Assembly: GCA_964590575.1 (NCBI GenBank)
Contig: CAZPWM010000057.1
Coordinates: 1 to 19,710 of the forward strand
Direction of reading: 5' to 3'
Origin: an uncultured archaeon
GTDB taxonomy: Archaea; Asgardarchaeota; Thorarchaeia; Thorarchaeales; Thorarchaeaceae
DNA length: 19,710 nucleotides
Part shown: piece by piece, positions 17,046-19,710 of the stretch
Layout of the letters: each line of letters starts with the position of its first letter
Numbering within the stretch: position 1 is the first letter of the stretch
Translations under genes and position numbers: made by a program
The notes under the pieces: generated by a model
Databases searched by the model: none
What the model saw: the letters and a program-made list of their open reading frames with translations, nothing else
What the model was told of the DNA's origin: nothing

Positions 17046-18386
17046 ATGATTGATGCACATCCTCTCGAGAAAGCATTAGGGATGGAGCTCTACTCAACAG
17101 ATTTTCCGGGTATTGGTGGAAGACTGAAACTACGATTCGAGGACTTTGTTGTCGAAGAAATTTCTGCAAATCAGACAACTCTTGGTATTCAAGACTGGCC
17201 TGAGCCAACAGAAACGCCTCAAATTGCTAAAGGCGAGTCGAATAGATTTGTAACATTCACAGTTCAGAAAATGGGTCTTTCAACGATGGATGCTGCAAAC
17301 ATCATAGCTGCAGCTATTAGAATTTCAAGAAACAATGTTACATATGCAGGCCTCAAGGATAAACGTGCCATTACTACCCAATCTATGAGTGTACCCTCTA
17401 CTGCTGTTGAATCTCTTGCTGTATTGGAGTTATCGCGGATTGCAATTCGTGATATTCATTACACACGACATCCGGTACAGATAGGCGAGCTCTGGGGTAA
17501 TCGGTTTTCGATTCTCATTAAGGAAATCGCCTCGGATTGTGATTCAGCTCTTGAAGTAGCGAGCCAGCTCCGGGACCTGACACTGCTGAATTATTTTGGA
17601 GTGCAGAGATTCGGTATCACTCGACCCAATACACATCTAATTGGAAAAGCTCTCTTAAAACGAGATTTTGAAGACGCTATTCGTATTATGTTAACTGCTA
17701 CAAGCGAGTATGAGTCTGAAGAACTAACCAATATCAGATTACAGATATCCGAAAATCTCACCCCTACAGAGAAAATGATAGAGTCTTTTCCAGAGGACAT
17801 GGGTTATGAAAAAGGCGTGATGAGGGAGCTCATGAAACATCCTGGAGATTTCGAGAGAGCAATCAACAAGATTCCTCCAAGGGTTTTAACTCTTCAAGTG
17901 CATGCGTTTCAGTCATATATGTTCAATCGCATTCTCAGTAGACGTGCAAACTTGGGATTGTCTTTGGATAGTCCAGAGGTAGGCGACTTTCTTATCAAAC
18001 TTGATGAGACTCATTCTGGGCGTGATAGTTGGCTCTATGCAACAGAATCCACCCTTGAAGAACGCCAACATCAGGTGGAATCAAAGAGGTACGGACTTGC
18101 TCTGCCAATTCCAGGATACTCAACAAGACTGCCTCCAGTAAAACAATCTGAGATTGTCAAACAAATAATGAAAGATGAGGATATTCGGTTGACTGATTTC
18201 AGAAATCCTAGGGAGAAAGCCTTAGACTCTCCTGGAGGTCTACATCTTGCGTCTATAAAACTCTCAGATTTGGATGTTTCATGCTCTGATAAGGGCTTTT
18301 TGGCACGATTCTCTCTCAGGAAAGGATCCTATGCGACAGTGGTGTTACGGGAGATAATGAAGAACCATCCGATAAACCGAGTTTAG
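17046..18386 (+). CDS. truD: tRNA pseudouridine(13) synthase TruD
   Basis: EDFVVEEI, YAGLKDKRAITTQ, GNRF, NYFGVQRFG, HAFQSYMFN, GSYATVVLREIMK. ATG at 17046 avoids overlap with pth2. Confidence 0.96.
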   Translation: MIDAHPLEKALGMELYSTDFPGIGGRLKLRFEDFVVEEISANQTTLGIQDWPEPTETPQIAKGESNRFVTFTVQKMGLSTMDAANIIAAAIRISRNNVTYAGLKDKRAITTQSMSVPSTAVESLAVLELSRIAIRDIHYTRHPVQIGELWGNRFSILIKEIASDCDSALEVASQLRDLTLLNYFGVQRFGITRPNTHLIGKALLKRDFEDAIRIMLTATSEYESEELTNIRLQISENLTPTEKMIESFPEDMGYEKGVMRELMKHPGDFERAINKIPPRVLTLQVHAFQSYMFNRILSRRANLGLSLDSPEVGDFLIKLDETHSGRDSWLYATESTLEERQHQVESKRYGLALPIPGYSTRLPPVKQSEIVKQIMKDEDIRLTDFRNPREKALDSPGGLHLASIKLSDLDVSCSDKGFLARFSLRKGSYATVVLREIMKNHPINRV

Positions 18387-18387
18387 A

Positions 18388-18981
18388 TCACCTGGACCTA
18401 GACCTTTTCTGACTAAGTTCCTCCATTCGTTGATCAAATTCGTCAGGAGCCTCTTCCTCTTTGTCTACTCTCTCTCTGTCTTTCTGATATTCAAAGAGTA
18501 CAGATTCACCCATAATACCTGATACAATTATTCTCAGGTCCTCGTTAGAATATTTGATTCTTCTCCGATCTTCTTCGCGAAGCATTACAATATTCTCCTT
18601 GGACCCGTCAGGAAGATACAGACTGTTCACTCCCACTTCACTTGCTGGATGAATGAACTCCTGAATCACTCGTCTAAGTTTTATTGGTCCTTCAATGACC
18701 ATAACTTTCCCAAACTTTTCTGTAAGCTCAGTAACTAGTGTTTCCTCAGCAAGAAAGAGCTCTTTCCCTTTCTTCTTCACGACGAGGATAAGTCGATCTT
18801 TTGTTCTTGTTGCTCTCTGTAGGGTTAGGCTTTCTAATTGTGGATGGTCCTTCTCTTTCTCTAATAACCACTTACTGAACTCAATATCGAAAGATGTTAT
18901 TTCTCCACGATCAAGCTTTGCCTGACAATTTGTGCATAGCATATCCGATTCAAGATCGAAGTTACATACTGGTAGTCGCAT
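18388..18981 (-). CDS. Archaeal NusA-like KH protein with N-terminal Cys motif
   Basis: N-terminus LPVCNFDLESDMLCTNCQAKLDRGEITSFD and GVNSLYLPDG match my recollection of the archaeal 'NusA-like' paralog family. KH GxxG motif degenerate. Confidence 0.7.
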   Translation of the reverse strand: MRLPVCNFDLESDMLCTNCQAKLDRGEITSFDIEFSKWLLEKEKDHPQLESLTLQRATRTKDRLILVVKKKGKELFLAEETLVTELTEKFGKVMVIEGPIKLRRVIQEFIHPASEVGVNSLYLPDGSKENIVMLREEDRRRIKYSNEDLRIIVSGIMGESVLFEYQKDRERVDKEEEAPDEFDQRMEELSQKRSRSR

Positions 18982-19052
18982 TTGTTTATCCTCGCCAATC
19001 TCGAAGGCTCAGTGAAGACTGGGCTTCAGGCGAGGACTAACAGAGAATCCAA

Positions 19053-19391
19053 CTATTTGGTCAACGTTATGTCAATGGTGGATACGTTGAGGTCACTACC
19101 TTTGTCCGTTTGGACAGTGGTAGTACCGATTTCTATGCTCTTCACCGTGAGGTCGGATATAAACCTATGACGAGTAATTTCAGCAACATCAACAGCTCGG
19201 CTAATCAACCTGCCTCTTGCTTTGATGACAACTTCCCCTGCACCTTTGTTGAATAAGGTTACACAGGCTAGAACATAGGACATAACATTCTTGTTGCCAA
19301 CTAAGATACAATCCATGTTGTCGCTGTCACGCAGCTTTTCTGCATTAGCTTTCTTGCTGCTTGACTTCTTGTCAGTGTCTTCCTCCGTCAC
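19053..19391 (-). CDS. albA: DNA/RNA-binding protein Alba
   Basis: [44 protein letters not shown] start with GGAG upstream; charged N-terminal extension. Confidence 0.96.
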   Translation of the reverse strand: MTEEDTDKKSSSKKANAEKLRDSDNMDCILVGNKNVMSYVLACVTLFNKGAGEVVIKARGRLISRAVDVAEITRHRFISDLTVKSIEIGTTTVQTDKGSDLNVSTIDITLTK

Positions 19392-19516
19392 CCGAAGTCT
19401 CTCCGCCTACTACTGTGGCCATTCATAAGTGTGACGTGGTCCGCAACTGATATAGATTTCGTTTTGAGGTTAAAACATATTAATTGAGAAAAAACATTGC
19501 TTATTAATGTGGGACT

Positions 19517-19690
19517 GAGAAGGTTCTAATGCCAAACCGTTCCCCGAAACTTAGACAATCTTGGACATCAAGATCCATGACTGATGTTCGGTTCCTGCTT
19601 CGCTGAGGTCTGCATCGTTATTCCAGGAGAATCACAATGTCTTACATCCTCTCCACAGGCAGTTTGAGTCTCCGGCAAACTGACGGTGAC
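19517..19690 (-). ncRNA. Putative omegaRNA (reRNA) scaffold plus flanking guide
   Basis: Stems CAGTTTG/CAAACTG (19660-19682), GGAGA/TCTCC with inner ATGT/ACAT (19626-19654) and ACATCA/TGATGT (19565-19587) overlap the tnpB 3' end. Predicted guide TTTGGCATTAGAACCTTCTC (19536->19517). Ends approximate. Confidence 0.6.
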
Positions 19691-19710
19691 TAGATTACGT
19701 GCAGCATTCA
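19537..19710 (-). mobile_element. Right end of a tnpB-encoding IS element, IS607-like (continues beyond window)
   Basis: TnpB C-terminus followed on the minus strand by ATGTCCAAGATTGTCTAAGTTTCGGGGAACGG. The terminal ...GAACGG matches my recollection of IS607 right ends (GG core dinucleotide). Boundary inferred, not verified. Confidence 0.75.
19568..19710 (-). CDS. tnpB: TnpB RNA-guided nuclease, C-terminal fragment
   Basis: Manual translation 19708->19568: NAARNLVTVSLPETQTACGEDVRHCDSPGITMQTSAKQEPNISHGS*. NAARNL is the end of the RuvC-III DxNAAxN motif; TACGE and KQEP are typical of TnpB tails. Confidence 0.82.
   Translation of the reverse strand, partial: NAARNLVTVSLPETQTACGEDVRHCDSPGITMQTSAKQEPNISHGS

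Noticed and set aside
3624-19170. Numerous 60-150 aa ORFs overlapping core genes (e.g. 3624..3935, 10239..10679, 12546..12851, 14391..14702, 16756..17208)
   Set aside because: Antisense or out-of-frame shadows of well-supported conserved genes, with no motifs of their own.

Overview
Archaeal chromosomal window. Gene content and style suggest an Asgard lineage, possibly Thorarchaeia, but that is an inference. From about 3.0 to 19.4 kb it is mostly conserved information-processing genes: rpl37e, Lsm, PUA protein, a wHTH-fused divergent Hel308/Ski2-like helicase, sepF, aCPSF1/FttA, psmB, FKBP PPIase, HemK-like MTase, ksgA, DUF655, rpo4, rpl21e, pus10, GGR-family reductase, pth2, truD, NusA-like protein and alba. 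Two accessory zones are not shown by the ORF track. (1) A minus-strand tRNA-Ala(GGC) gene (2519-2626) has a 31-nt intron at the non-canonical 53/54 position. Downstream lie three more copies of its 3' exon (1165-1186, 772-796, 212-234). Each interval between copies holds exactly one credible gene and no integrase is visible, so this looks like an integron-like, tRNA-anchored single-gene cassette array running off the left edge. (2) The last ~175 bp are the 3' end of a tnpB gene with a structured omegaRNA-like tail and an IS607-like right end, inserted upstream of alba.
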